Notes: a model not told the origin generated them from the letters alone. DNA of 64,000 nt from Dendrobates tinctorius (GCF_039654945.1 NW_027361688.1:17298001-17362000), one strand, 5' to 3'; shown: positions 47,671-60,337, counted from the stretch's first letter. Translations and numbers: made by a program.

Positions 47671-48729
47671 CCCTCACTAGAGTGCCTGTTTTAGGAGGAC
47701 CCGGAAACTGTTAATTTAGAACTGTGTAATACTTGATTTTTTTCCCCAGTGGTGGAGCTGCAGGGAAATGCAACACTTGTTGTCGAGTAGGCTGATTGAT
47801 ATCGATAGGTTCTTCCTGCAAATTTTTTTTTTTTTTGTTTTCAAAACTGGAAAACCGGTTCTGAAGTTGGTTGGTCAAAAATTTCAATGAATATTGTATG
47901 AGGATCGAAGTTAGTACGAGTATTTTTTGTTTTCGTGTTTTTTGTTGGCCGATGCATCAACTCTTAGAAGATATTTATACTGAAAGAAAAGGTCACCCTT
48001 TGTGTTTTTTTTGTTTTTTTTTAATTGTTAAAAGGTTGTACATTATATGTTTATTACATTTCATAATTTAATTCTCTGGATCGGTAACTTCTAACCAGTA
48101 TGACTGCCGATATTACTCCCACAGGCGTCCTAATAATCCAGTGATGCCCCCATTACTCTCTTATAAAACTGGGTGACAACCTAATGGCAAAAAATTAAGT
48201 TGTCAAACGAATGGGGAGAAGTGTAACAAAGCCGGTACGAAGCAAAAGTGAAGTAATTGCCCAATGTGCCTTATTAGAGGGGCTTAATCCCTTGTTAGAT
48301 CAGCCCTAACCTCAGTTTAGAAGTTTCTGGCATTTTATACTTAGCCGGTGAGAACAGAAGAAATACACCGGCATTTGATTTTCAACAATCTCCAAGGTGT
48401 AACGGAGTGTTCTTTTATTTTATACCCTTTTTGAATATAGGTGTTCCATAGCTAAATTTAGGCGGTTCGTGCATAATAAGAAAAAGACCTTCCTTGTATC
48501 CCCCCCAGCTTAGTCCCATCCCAGTGTGTACTCATGAGAGCTACCACAACCTGTAAGATTTGACAGTCGTGAAAACATTAACTTTTTTTTTTTGTCCTCT
48601 ACTAATTCCGCGGTTGGTAATGCTCTCAATAAACGGGTTTAAAAATGTTAAGGGATAGGGAGGTTGTAAATCCCTGCTGCCAGATATCCAATATGAGACC
48701 AAATGGAATGTGGTTGCGGTTTTTTTTCC

Positions 48730-48771
48730 CGTCAACGCGTTTCGAGGTATTCAAAGCTCTTCATCAGGACA
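48730..48771 (-). ncRNA. Minimal type I hammerhead ribozyme motif (Penelope/retrozyme-like)
   Basis: Minus strand: UGUC CUGAUGA A GAG-cuuugaauac-CUC GAAA CGCG UU GACG. Intact core, stem I UGUC/GACG, stem II GAG/CUC, palindromic stem III ACGCGU. Confidence 0.7.
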
Positions 48772-48864
48772 CACTCGCAATGATCTGATTAATGATGAGT
48801 GAACATGCTCAGATAGGGTGTTATCTGAGCGTGTTCGGGTGCTAACTGAGTGACTATATATGTA

Positions 48865-50192
48865 TGTGGGGTCGCCCTCCCAGGGCTGTGGGATACTCTG
48901 TACCGGGCCGGTGTCGGGGGAGCGTGTCACAGCAGCGGTGACCCGGTCTGTGGCCCTGGGCACCCAAGCAATGGGGGAATGTAATGTAGATTAAGTGGAA
49001 TGGAATAGTTCATGAAGCCACCTGTGGTGCTCAGCAAGGGAGGTGTTAAGCCGACGCTGCAGACAGATCCTCTTGGACAGATGGTAGGATGCAGCAGTGA
49101 TGGCATAGCCCTCCACAGGCAGGGCTGTAGTTCCAGGGCAGAGTAGTTGTAATGGTTGTGGAAAGGCGCAGGCAGTGTAAAAGATGATACCCAGATGTAG
49201 CGATGCTGAGTGGGCTGGCGCGAGAATGAATGGAGGACACCGAGGCTTGTAGTTCCCAAAGCTTTACTCAGTCTGCGGTACACAAGGGTGCCTGCCTCCG
49301 GGCCGTGTCCTCCGGGTCAGAGACTCAACCAACCTCCAGGCCAGATGGAAAGATCCTCTCCAACACTCCGCCAACATGTACCTTTCCTGAACGACTCCTC
49401 TATTGCGCCTTAAGGTGTGAAGATCTCCAGTACCGTGGTACTCTGGAGATCCTCCTGTCAGATGTTCCTAACAACTCTACTCATATGGCAGACAACTGTA
49501 GCCTCTCTCGGGGACCCCTTTTTCTGGAGTCCTGGCTCTCTATTCAATTGCTGTTGTGCCCCAAGTCTTAGTTGGGAGTAGTGCATTTACAGCCAACTTC
49601 TCCACCGGTGTCTGCTGCAGAACCATAAGTGTCCATACAACCTCGGGGACCGGGCCCCGGCCTTGCGCTGATAACCTATAGGCAGGGTTCCTCTTCCAAC
49701 CCACGTCTCCTCTCTTTTCTCCTACGCCTTTGTTCCGTACTGATCCTTCTCTCTCTTATGGAAGATTAGGTTGGAGTTCTACGTCTTTCTCCTTCTGTTC
49801 CTTTCCCGTGCCAGCTGGCTCAGATCACTGAGGCAGCTGCAGCATTCCTTCCTCCATCCCTTCTTCCAGGGATCCCCACTCCTCCCGAGTGGCTTCCTTC
49901 CTCACAGACCTTCTGTCAGACTGAACCCCCATCCTACACTTTCCCACTCTTTTATGTATCTAAACTCCAACCACCTCCCAGCACATCCAGTGTTCCAAGC
50001 AGGGAACCACCAGAGGTGCTCTGCTACTCTCTAAGCACTGAGCCGCAATGTGGTTGTGCAGAACTACCCTGTTGTGTGGAGTGCGAGTGTTGGAGCATGG
50101 AAAGGAGTTCCCACCTTACCTGGATGGTGGGGCACTACACCTTAGGAGAAGGTGCAGTACCTCTGTGGCGACTGAGCCTCAGTGGCGCCACA
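48865..50192 (-). mobile_element. Gypsy solo LTR (TGTGGGGTCGCC...GGCGCCACA), about 1.3 kb
   Basis: TG..CA inverted termini and near-TSD tgta/tgtg. Orientation inferred from composition. Confidence 0.7.
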
Positions 50193-50211
50193 TGTGTAAA
50201 ATATATATATA

Positions 50212-51236
50212 CAGGGTGTGCCATTTATATGGATGCACCTAAATAAAATGGGAATGGTTGGTGATATCAACTTCCTGTTTGTGGCACATTTGTATATGGG
50301 AGGGGGAAAACTTTTCAAGATGGGTGGTGACCATGGCGGCCATTTTGAAGTCGGCCATTTTGGATCCAACTTTATTTTTCCCAATGGGAAGAGGGTCTTG
50401 TGACGCATCAAAAAAAAAAAAATGCTAGCACAGGCTTCCAGTATCCGTTGTTTCAGATGCTGCACATCTCTTATCTTCACAGCATAGACAATTGCCTTCA
50501 GATGACCCCAAAGATAAAAGTCTAACTGGGTCAGATCGGGAGACCTTGGTGGCCATTCAACTGGCCCACGACGACCAATCCACTTTCCAGGAAACTGTTC
50601 ATGTAGGAATGCTCGGTCCTGACACCCATAATTGATGGTATGGTGTGGTATATGGGGTACAAAGATAGTGGAGCCATTCTTCATCAATGGAAACCTCAAT
50701 GCCACTGGATATCTGATATTACGACATGACGATGTGTTGCCCTCTTTATGCACTGAAGATGGCACGTTCCCCGAGATTTTCCAGCAAGATGGTGCACCAC
50801 CACATTATGGGTGTCAGGTCTGAGCATTCCTACAAGGAATCTGACCCCTTTAGACTAGCATTTCTTCTGCGGTGTTGCGATCAGTGTGTCAAGAGTGGGA
50901 GAAGAGGGTCGCATTGGCAATCCAACACAATGGGCAGCACTTTGAACACATTTTATAAGTGGTCATAAACTTGCAAATAACTCGTGAAAGAATAATGCTA
51001 CGTTAAAACCAAGTACGCCATTGTATTTCTTGTGAAATTCTCAATAAGCTTGATGTGTCACATGACCCTCTTCCCATTGGAAAAAAATAATGCTGGATCC
51101 AAAATGGCCGCCATGGTCACCACCCATCTTGAAAAGTTTCCCCCCCTCCCATATACTAATGTGCCACAAACAGGAAGTTGATATCACCAACCTTTCCCAT
51201 TTTATTAAGGTGTATCCATATAAATGGCCCACCCTG
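50212..51236. mobile_element. Tc1/mariner DD41D (rosa/Visitor-type) element, deleted and internally inverted; about 195-bp TIRs, TA TSD
   Basis: TIRs CAGGGTG(T/G)GCCATTTATATGGAT. Transposase pieces MVWCGIW...FQQDGAPPHYGCQ (+) and GKWIGRRGPVEWPPRSPDLTQLDFYLWG (-). When rejoined, 41 residues lie between the second and third Asp. Confidence 0.88.
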
Positions 51237-51295
51237 TATATAGAATATATTTATTATTAATAATCATTTTTATTAGTTCTGGTATTTACTAATGT

Positions 51296-51512
51296 NNNNN
51301 NNNNNNNNNNNNNNNNNNNNNNNNNNNNNNNNNNNNNNNNNNNNNNNNNNNNNNNNNNNNNNNNNNNNNNNNNNNNNNNNNNNNNNNNNNNNNNNNNNNN
51401 NNNNNNNNNNNNNNNNNNNNNNNNNNNNNNNNNNNNNNNNNNNNNNNNNNNNNNNNNNNNNNNNNNNNNNNNNNNNNNNNNNNNNNNNNNNNNNNNNNNN
51501 NNNNNNNNNNNN
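51296..51512. other. Assembly gap (N run)
   Basis: N characters. Confidence 1.
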
Positions 51513-52003
51513 TTCCCCCTTAAAAAATAAAATAAATTAAAAAAAAAATAAATAAAATTGAAATATATTTCCCAAAGCGACCCCAAAAACATACATCTAG
51601 TCTGGAGCAAAAAAAAAAAGTTATGCAATGGAACTTGGTGCTCTTGGAAGGTGTCAATCAAACACGACTTCACTTTTCCTCTGTATGAATTTTAACAAAA
51701 CTCCTCCATTCACTTTATAAGAGAATAAAAAAAAACCCAAACTCCTCCCATTACTGCATTTTTATGCTGTGCATTTCATACTATGGGCAGGTGTAGCTAA
51801 TGTCTAATCTAAATGATTTCCACTGCAGCACCACTCTCTTCTGGAGGAATATAATGTATCCTCCACTAGAGGCGCTATTTAATGATGCTTATTGGGAATT
51901 TATATCTGTTTCTCCCACTAAGCATTGAATTGGGAAGCCAGGACCTATATGCATTAAGAGTTATGTAAAAAAGGTGTTTCTACATTACCTTCAGTGGTGG
52001 CGG

Positions 52004-52046
52004 TACCCCGACGCGCGTTTCACGAGTTGCTTTTTCAAGGGGAGTA
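52004..52046 (-). ncRNA. Hammerhead-like motif with U3-A8 core variant
   Basis: Minus strand: CCCC UUGAAAA A GC-aacuc-GU GAAA CGCGCG UC GGGG. Stem I CCCC/GGGG, weak stem II, palindromic stem III. Confidence 0.5.
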
Positions 52047-53522
52047 TATTCTATGTGCACTAAAGTTTTACACCTACTCGGATTGAATTCAGATAGGATT
52101 GTTGTTTCCCATAATTCTGTTGCTGCCAGCTTTTAATTCTTGTGAAAATACTCATTTGATATTTTCCTAGATCTTTTTGGGGTGTCCAGGATTTTTTTCT
52201 CTGAGACTTTTGGGTGGAAGATGTTAGAGTGAATTGTTTACTTTTCGCAGGCGCTGTACTGTGGGGTCTGAGAATTTTTGGTTTGTCATTCCTATGAATC
52301 ACATTGTTGTTTTTTTTTTTTTTTTCCATGTTTTGGCCTACTGATGAATGCACAATAAAATGTAAATATGTTCTAAACCGTATGTATCGAGTCCCGTTAT
52401 GTCACACATTGATGATTCCATTTTGGTTAACTTTCACGTTTCGCACTTCTTCTTCAGGTGTGTTTTTTTTGCTTGAAATGCCCCAGAAAAAGCACTTGGC
52501 GAAACTTTCAAATAGAGGAACCTATTAATTTCTATGTAAGAACGACTTGCTGTTCATATGTTCCATCCTTCAACTTCTTTCAACTTTTTTTTTTTTTTTG
52601 TTTGTAAGTTTTGTATGTATTACATCCACATATTACATCTAGTTTTTTTATTCTTTAACTTTTATATAAATTTCTAAAAACGAGAAGAAAAAAAATCAAT
52701 CAGTAAATGACCCTAGAAATGATTTAAAAAAGAAAAAAAAAACATAACCTAAAGAGGAGTTTCCTGAAGTGGCTGAGAGCCTTAAAGTACTTGATGGTCC
52801 TGGTAGTAATACCACTTATAACCACTAGATGGCACAACATAGATTTGCTCTGAAATTTAATGGATAGACACAGGTGTCGGCTGAGTGCCAGTCATTTCCG
52901 GATGGAACCTATTGATAAATTTTTGTAGTTTTTTTTTTTTTTTTAAAATTTCTGATTAATTTGTGTCCATATACTGTAGTAGATGAATACACAGATCGAT
53001 GGCTGAACAGATTGTACTTACAATGATTGTACACTAGGTGGCGCTGTCTCACAATTCCAGCATTCTTAGACACTCGAGTGCTTTCATCCGTCAGGCCACT
53101 TGCTTTGATGTGGAACCTCTTCTATAAGTTGCGTCTACTGTAGAAATCACGATAATTACATTTAATACACATTTCCAGGAGAAGCTACGCAAATCTGAAT
53201 AATAAAAGCAACAGGGAGTGATTCACATGATTAACCCCTTCCAGCTCTGACAAATTTCACCTTTTCCATTTTTATTCTTTCTTCTTCTTCCAAGATCCAT
53301 AATTTTTTTTTTTTTTTTTTTTTCTTCCCTCTTTTGTTAAGCAAGCTGTAGTTCTTATCCATACCATTGGGTTGCATACGACTGTTTGATCTTATTTTAT
53401 TCCATTATTTGGGAAGAGACGCGTTGACTGAAAAAGAAAAAAAACCCAATAATTCTGGCTTTTTTTTTGTTATATGTCATTCCCAAAAACAATTTATTTT
53501 TTTTAAATTCTATGTATATGTA

Positions 53523-54360
53523 CAGTTGTGCTCAAACATTTACATACCCCGGTAGAATTTTTGCTTTCTTGGCCTTTTTCAGAGAATATGAATGATAACA
53601 CTAAAACTTTTTCTCCACTGATGCTTAGTGGTTGGGTGAAGCCATTTATTGTCAAATGACTGTGTTTTCTCTTTTTAAATCATAATGACAACCCAAAACA
53701 TCCAAATGACCCTGATCAAAAGTTCACACACCCCATTTCTTAATACCATGTATTGCCCCCTCTAACATCAATGACAGCTTGAGGTCTTTTGTGGTAGTTG
53801 TGGATGAGGTTCTTTATTTTCTCAGATGGTAAAGCTGCCCGCTCTTCTTGGCAAAAAGCCTCCAGTTCCTGTAAATTCCTTGGCTGTCTAGCATGAACTG
53901 CGCGCTTGAGATCTCCCCAGAATGGCTCAATGATATTGAGGTCAGGAGACTGAGATGGCCACTCCAGAACCTTCACTTTGTTCTGCTGTAGTCAATTACA
54001 GGTTGACTTGGCCTTGTGTATTGGATCGTTGTCATGTTGGAACGTCCAAATAAGTCCCATGCGCAGCTTCTGGGCTGATGACTGCAAATTTGCCTCCAGT
54101 ATTTGCTGATTAATCTTTCCTTCAACATTGCCCAAGCTTCCTGTGCCTTTGTAGCTCACACATTCCCAAAACTTCAGCGATCCACCTCTGTGCTTTACGG
54201 TAGGAATGGTGATTCTTTCATCATAGGCCATGTTGACCTCTCTCTAAATGTAATATTTATGGTTGTGGCCAAAAAGTTAAATTTTTGTCTCCTCACTCCA
54301 AATACCTTGTTCCAGAAGTTTTGAGGCTTGTCTCTGTGCTGTTTTACGTATTGTAGGTGA
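53523..54360 (-). mobile_element. Tc1 (DD34E-type) transposon, 3' half with one TIR, decayed
   Basis: TA|CAGTTGTGCTCAAA terminus. Peptides PTVKHRGGSLKFW, WTFQHDNDPIH and VLEWPSQSPDLNIIEPFWGDLKRAV. Confidence 0.9.
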
Positions 54361-55446
54361 GATATAAAAAAAATTATATATATTTTTTTTTCTTTCAGAC
54401 TGACTTCAACTTTTAATTTTTTTTCACTTTTTTTAATATTTAAAGGGGTGGTATAGGCAAAAACAAAAAGTTCCCTAGAGACTTGTGTCTGTAAAGTATC
54501 ACAAATTAATTGATACTTGCCTCCCGGTATTCACATGTATCCTACACAGACTGCTGCATGGTCTGTGATCACACTGGAAGTGAAGATGACACCATTCCAC
54601 CAGTCACAGGATATGAGGCTTGTGATTGGCTGCATTAATCAGGTGACTTGAGTAACGTATCATTGGCTGTTTGTAAGTCACCTGACTGCTGCAGCCAAAA
54701 ACAGGTTGCTGAGGTTCTGTGGCTGCTGGAGCAGTGAGGTCTCCACTTCTAGTGCTGGTGCAGTCCACAGAGCCGCATGTGGTGGATCCAGGTGGGTGCC
54801 AGTAGGGGACCATCAATTAATTTGATTTTTTTACAGATCCAACCTCCTGGGGAAATTTTTTCTTTCTTGCTTGTATACCGTAATCCCTTTAAGAAAAAAA
54901 GACACCAGTAGAGTAAATGGTGCAGGACAGTTTTCCATTGCGACCTGCACTTTGTAGCTGGATTATGTCCTCTCCTTCACAGCGGATATGCAACCGCTCC
55001 CCACCCATCGAGCGCCAAGACTTTCAGTGCTAATTTATTAAGTAAACTGGCCTGAGGCAATCTGTTAATTAAGGTGTGCCCCCCCCCCCCCCGGACTATT
55101 TGTCCAGTCCTTCCTTATCCATACACATCCTGGAAAGGGAAAAACAAAGAACCAGCTATAGTGCGCCTCCTGTGATCCGGTATGGCCAGAGTCTGGTAAA
55201 TGATGGATTATGAAATATTTTGGATTACTGGAGCGAAGGTTGAAAGATGTAGAAGTTCATGGCAAACCAGGCAGAAGTCAGGGCATGTGGGGAGGGCAGG
55301 GGCTGTCAAACAGGAGGTCAAAGTTCTGGAGTGACTGGTGATGGGGCAGAAAGTCAGCGGGAGAGTCTGTGGTTTTGGTCATGGTTTGGGTGCTAACCAA
55401 GTGTCTTCAGCGTGCCCGAAAAATATGTTCACGTTCCTCTTTGTTA

Positions 55447-55642
55447 GGCCGGGATCACACATGCGAGAAACTTGGACAAGTCTCGCATCTGAATACCCGG
55501 CACTGCCGCCGGCACTTGGGTGCAGAGCGTGCGGCTCCATGTATTTCTATGCGGCTGCACGCTCCGCTCCCGAGTGCCGACGGCAGTGCCGGGCATTAAG
55601 ATGCGAGACTCGTCCGAGTTTCTCGCATGTGTGATCCCGGCC
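55447..55642. mobile_element. Near-perfect palindromic Harbinger-like MITE (196 bp) with TTA TSD, inside an AGTGATGAGC-family element (55380-55746)
   Basis: GGCCGGGATCACACATGCGAGAAACT / AGTTTCTCGCATGTGTGATCCCGGCC. Confidence 0.9.
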
Positions 55643-55759
55643 TTAGGCAATCCTTACATGTGTTGTGTCTGTCACACCGAAAACACTTGTCTAGCACCCG
55701 AGCATGTTCAGATAACACCTTACCCGAGGACGTTTGCTCATTACTAAGTGTTTAACAAA

Positions 55760-56350
55760 GTGAATGAACAAAAGATAAATCCCATCAATATTTGGTGACC
55801 ACTCTTGGCCTTCATCAGTTCTTCTAAATACACTTGTACTTGCACGCTGTTTGTGAAGGAACTCGGCAGGGATGTTGTTCCAAACATCTTGGAGAACCAA
55901 CCACAGATCTTCTATAGATGTTGCTTGTGCAAATCTTAATCCCAGACAGACTGGATGATGTTGCGCTCAGGGTTCTATTGGGGCCGTAGCCTCACTTTCA
56001 GGACTCCTTGTTCTTCTTAACCCTGAAGACCATCCTTAATGACATTAGCGGTATGTTTGGGGTTCTTGTCCTACTGCAAAATGAATTTGGAGCCAATCAG
56101 AAGCCTACATGATGGACACTTACCCATCTGTATTTTTCAGCAGTGAGGACACCACTAATCCTGACTTAATCTCCAATACTTGCCTTCATCAATTCTCCTA
56201 GATACACTTGTAATTGCACAAGGATTTTGAAGGAACTCAGCATTGAGGTTGTTCCAAACATCTTGAAGATCCAACCACAGATCTTCTGTAGATGTTGCTT
56301 GGGCAAATCCTTCTGTCTCTTAATGTAATAATGCAATATTGATTTGATTT
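55760..56350 (-). mobile_element. Decayed Tc1-like fragments with an internal duplication of about 130 bp
   Basis: GAAGGAACTC.GCA...GTTCCAAACATCTTG...AACCACAGATCTTCT occurs at about 55855 and about 56230. Confidence 0.5.
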
Positions 56351-57565
56351 GGATTTTGACTTCTTAATTCTATCAATGTTATTTATTTCTCTCATATGTA
56401 TTTTTCATTGAAACAAAAATACATCTTTATTTCTGCGCTTTTAGAACTTGTCCTACTCTACTGCCAGATGGAAATAAAGAAATCCTTTTTAAATCCATCT
56501 GGCTATTATACATTAGTATATTGCAAAAGGAAGGGTATGGAATAGCATCGTAGACTTCTATTTTTCATCTTGCAGGATCAAATAATTCATCTTAGGTCTC
56601 AGGAGCCGGATGCGATGACGGTCTGAGAACCGTCATGGGTGGAGGTGGCTCCATTCATCTGTCGGCTCTTTGTTCCTCCTGGACATGATACATAAGGGTG
56701 GGAAGATTAAATAAATGTCTGATCAAGAAGTTACATGGGTCTGATGAGCGGGTACGGTCGTCTTTGTTTTAAATGTTGAGGGAAGGGAATCTTTTGTATC
56801 CTGGGAGTGGTGCTGTTTTATTACGTCTTTGTCAATTTACTGGGTAAACAGAAAAAAGTTGATCCAAGTTTTTACTGTCTGGAAATCATGTGACTCTTTT
56901 CTGAAAGCGTTTGGCCCATTAACAAGGTCACTACCACCGCTATTCACGGGGGATACAGGACCTTTGTTTTTGAGACCTAAGACTAATCATTAATTTATTA
57001 TTAGTGATGAGCAAACGTGCTTAGATAAGGTGTTATCTGATCATGCTCGGGTGCCAACCGAGTTTCTTCCACGCGCTCGAAAAATATGTTCAAGTCCCCG
57101 CGCCTGCGTATCTCGCGGCTGATCGACAGCTGGAACCCATCATGCAGGGATAGCTCTCTAAGCTATACGTCTCTGTGAACAGCATGGGGTGGAGGCGATG
57201 ATGCTGTAGAGCACTTCTTGACAGATGGAACTTGGATCAGCGAAGACCAGGACAGCAGTAAAATAAGCGGAACAGGTAGCACAGATAAAGCAAAGCCAGG
57301 TGTGTGGATATATACAGGAACAGTAGGAGAATAGCAAAATGTTATATTCTGGTAGGTAAGCAGTTAATCACAGGAAAGCTGTCTATCTTGGGGCAGAGCA
57401 ATGGTTAAAAAGAGGAGTAACCAACATGTGAATGCATTCTGGTATTTTCCAGTAGGGTAATGGTTAATAGAGGCAATATAATAGAGAAGTAAATGCATTC
57501 TATTATCTTTCAACAGGGAAATGGTTAATAGCAGCAAGGTAACAGAGAAGTAAATGCAGTCTGGT

Positions 57566-58226
57566 TGTCAAGCGGTTTCCGCAACGGAGCGGAGCCAGAA
57601 GACCGCAGAGTCTGGTGGTTCCTACTCCACCGCTGAGAAGGACTGATCCGGTTTATTAAACGTGTTTATTCCAGCAGAACAGGGTTTAATCGGACATGTT
57701 GGAAATCCCTGTGTTCAGCCATACTCGGTTAGCCACTCCTTTTCCCCTATAAAATCTTGGTTCTATTACCAAGTCCTTGTCAGAGTTGGCACTTGCTGCA
57801 TGACAAAAGGAGGGAGAGAAGTTGGTATGAGAAGGAGTGCTGGAGGAGTTATAAGTGACTGGTTTGTATGCTTGACAATTCCTTATCCTTCTCTCTTTTG
57901 GTTTCTTCCCCTTCCTGCACACCCCGGTGGATTCCTCTGTTATATATGAGTGAATATTTTGTGTGTGTGGAGTTTTCAGTTTCCCTTTGTCTTTGTTTCC
58001 CTGTTTGTCCGGTTGGTGTACTGCGGTGCACAGTAACTCCCCCTCTTCCCTGTGTGGGGGAAGGAGACAGACGAAGGGCTATCTTAAGAGATAAGGCAAG
58101 GGCGGAGGCCCCGGCGTCTTGCCATCTGAAGTATCCCGGGGAACAGGGCGAGCTAGGGTGCCCCCTAGTGTTAGGGCCAGGAAAAGAGCCCCTAGTCCCA
58201 GGTCACTCGACAGCTGTGTCGTGACA
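57566..58226 (+). mobile_element. Gypsy solo LTR (TGTCA...TGACA) with perfect 5-bp TSD CTGGT
   Basis: TSD at 57561-57565 and 58227-58231. Internal TATAAAA at about 57748. Confidence 0.88.
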
Positions 58227-58859
58227 CTGGTATCTTCCAGCAGGTAAATTGTTAATAGCATTCATTTAACAAATAAGTATTTGTAGTCTGGCATCTTCTA
58301 GCAGGACGACGGTTAATGCCAGTAATGTAATAGGCACGTAAGTGCAGTCTATTATTTCCCAGCAAGGCGATGTTCAATCAGACGAATTCAATCAGGAATT
58401 GACAAACAGGAGGTTTGCTGGAAGATATGCAGTACTTTGATGGCAGAGGCCAGGTCTGAGCAGTTACAGGAAGTTAGTAACTTGCTTAGGAGTAAGTGTG
58501 GACAAAACCAAGTTGGTCTGAGCTTTGATGTATCTCTGGTTGTATCATATAAATCAGGAGAAGCTGAGGAGATGACAGACAACTGTCTGAAGCTGGACCA
58601 AGTGAAGTAGCATCAAATTCATGACAAATTTGGGGTAACTGAAGCAATGCTGCCAAAGCAGGGCCCTAAAAGGGTGATGATATCAGAGGAGGTCATCAGC
58701 TTACGCGAGAAACCCATTGTAGACTATTACATACAAAGGTGGATAAAGGAGAAGGGACCCAAGAAGCCCAGTACTTGATCTAGGACAGGAGTGAAAGTAA
58801 CAGTTAAAGTGTCATAACATACATTGATGAGAAGGAGGACGTGACATATGAGAATAATT

Positions 58860-60300
58860 GAAGTTTTCAGAAGAAACCTCCAAATAGGTTGTGTAAAGTG
58901 TGCACAGTCATATCTCTCCAGAGTCAAGTGGGACCTCATAGAAGTAAACCAACTGCAAAAAAAAATTATTGACTGAGGTCGAGACTTCCTTGACTGTAAA
59001 GCTGACAAACCACAACAATAAACCACAATAAACTTCAGACCCAAGCGTTCAGAGAAAGATTTGATATATTTTCTCAAAAAAACAAACATATTTAAAATAT
59101 CTTTAGTACACTAGAAATTAAAGGGTTATCATCAGTTATCACCATCTCAAACAGTGATCGGAGGAGATGTGAGGAACAAGACCTCCTGCCTTTTCCCCAC
59201 TGGTGAGATGGCCTCCATAGTAGGCCTGGCTGTTTCCATATCTCTAGTAGAAGTAATTGCAAAGAAATGTCCATCTCTTCAGGTAGGACATGGGTTAGGA
59301 GACCTCCGTTTCCTTTAACTTAGGTGTGGTTCCTAGTGGTGGGACCCGTATGCATCGTCTGGATATCCTCCATCTTTGGTTGGACTCAACAATGTCCAGG
59401 AACCATCTGGCGATAAACAGTTCCTTTAATTTTATGGTCTCTTCCGTAGTTATGAGATGGGGTCCAGATAATCGTTTCTTCTGTTCAACTTTTTTCTTTA
59501 CCAAAAATGTTGGGAGACCTGCCTCTCTAGAAAAGAAGAGTCGTCCTCAGTTTGGGCAAGTTCCAATGATTGTTAGGGATCACTAATCAATGTTAGTCTA
59601 TGAGAGCCTCGTTCTGGCCTCGTTCTGGCTCTCATAGGCTTGCACTGAGAGCTTGTAACGTAGCTTCTCACTGCCGGCCATTCGAAAGCTGTTCTCACAA
59701 GATGGCGCCGCGGGAGCTGGCCAGTGCTGGAAGGTGAGTATATGACCAGGTGCAGCCTTAAAGCTCACTGAGCCGTCTGATGTTTTGATCAGACTATGAT
59801 CACAGTGTGGTCCGAGTGACATTCGTTTTTGTACTGATGTAGTGGTTATAACCATGGATACCTAAGGTCCTGCAATACCTACACATGAGGAAAGAGACAT
59901 AGTGAATCAGAAGAACTATACTATATTTCTAATTGGAGGTAGTTGCTAATATTATGATTATTATTATTATTATTACACCTTCTACATATTGGGATAGGAT
60001 CTTGGAGATTGCAATACCCCTTTAAGCTCTAGCCCACCAGGGACATATATTGTTAACCATAAACCTTACTCGATGCCAATGTGGCGGTCTAGCGAAGCTA
60101 CAGGGGATGTATAATGGGTCGCTGTGTAGAATGTCCCTCTGCGGAGAGCGTGAGAAGGAAACAGTGAATAACACATGGATCCGAGGTCTTACATTATATG
60201 GAAAACTTTCCGTTCTCAAGACCGTCGTTCTCCTTCTGATTCTGAGCGACCGGGATAAATAGGGAGTAGATTGCATTTTTTTGCTTATTATCATTAGAGT
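58860..60300. mobile_element. Decayed L1/Tx1-like ORF2 fragments (minus strand 58860-59580; plus strand about 60160-60250)
   Basis: WIRGLTLYGKLSVLKTVVL resembles the L1 RT-thumb motif (LSxxGRxxxxKxxxxP). Trp-rich C-terminal-like peptide on the minus strand. Confidence 0.45.
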
Positions 60301-60337
60301 TTAGCAAAAAGATTTGCGGTGACTAACCCTAATATCG

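Noticed and set aside
45068-48100. PARP11 polyadenylation site
   Set aside because: Several AATAAA hexamers (about 47064, 47124, 47268, 47598) lie in A-rich transposon sequence; none can be singled out.
52425-52460. Minus-strand CTGAAGA...CGAAAC...GTT as a hammerhead
   Set aside because: No stem I pairing and essentially no stem II.
59660-59745. CpG-rich AAGATGGCG plus AAG|GTGAGT as first exon of a neighbouring gene
   Set aside because: This motif combination is typical of MITE interiors seen elsewhere in the window, and no downstream exon was identified.
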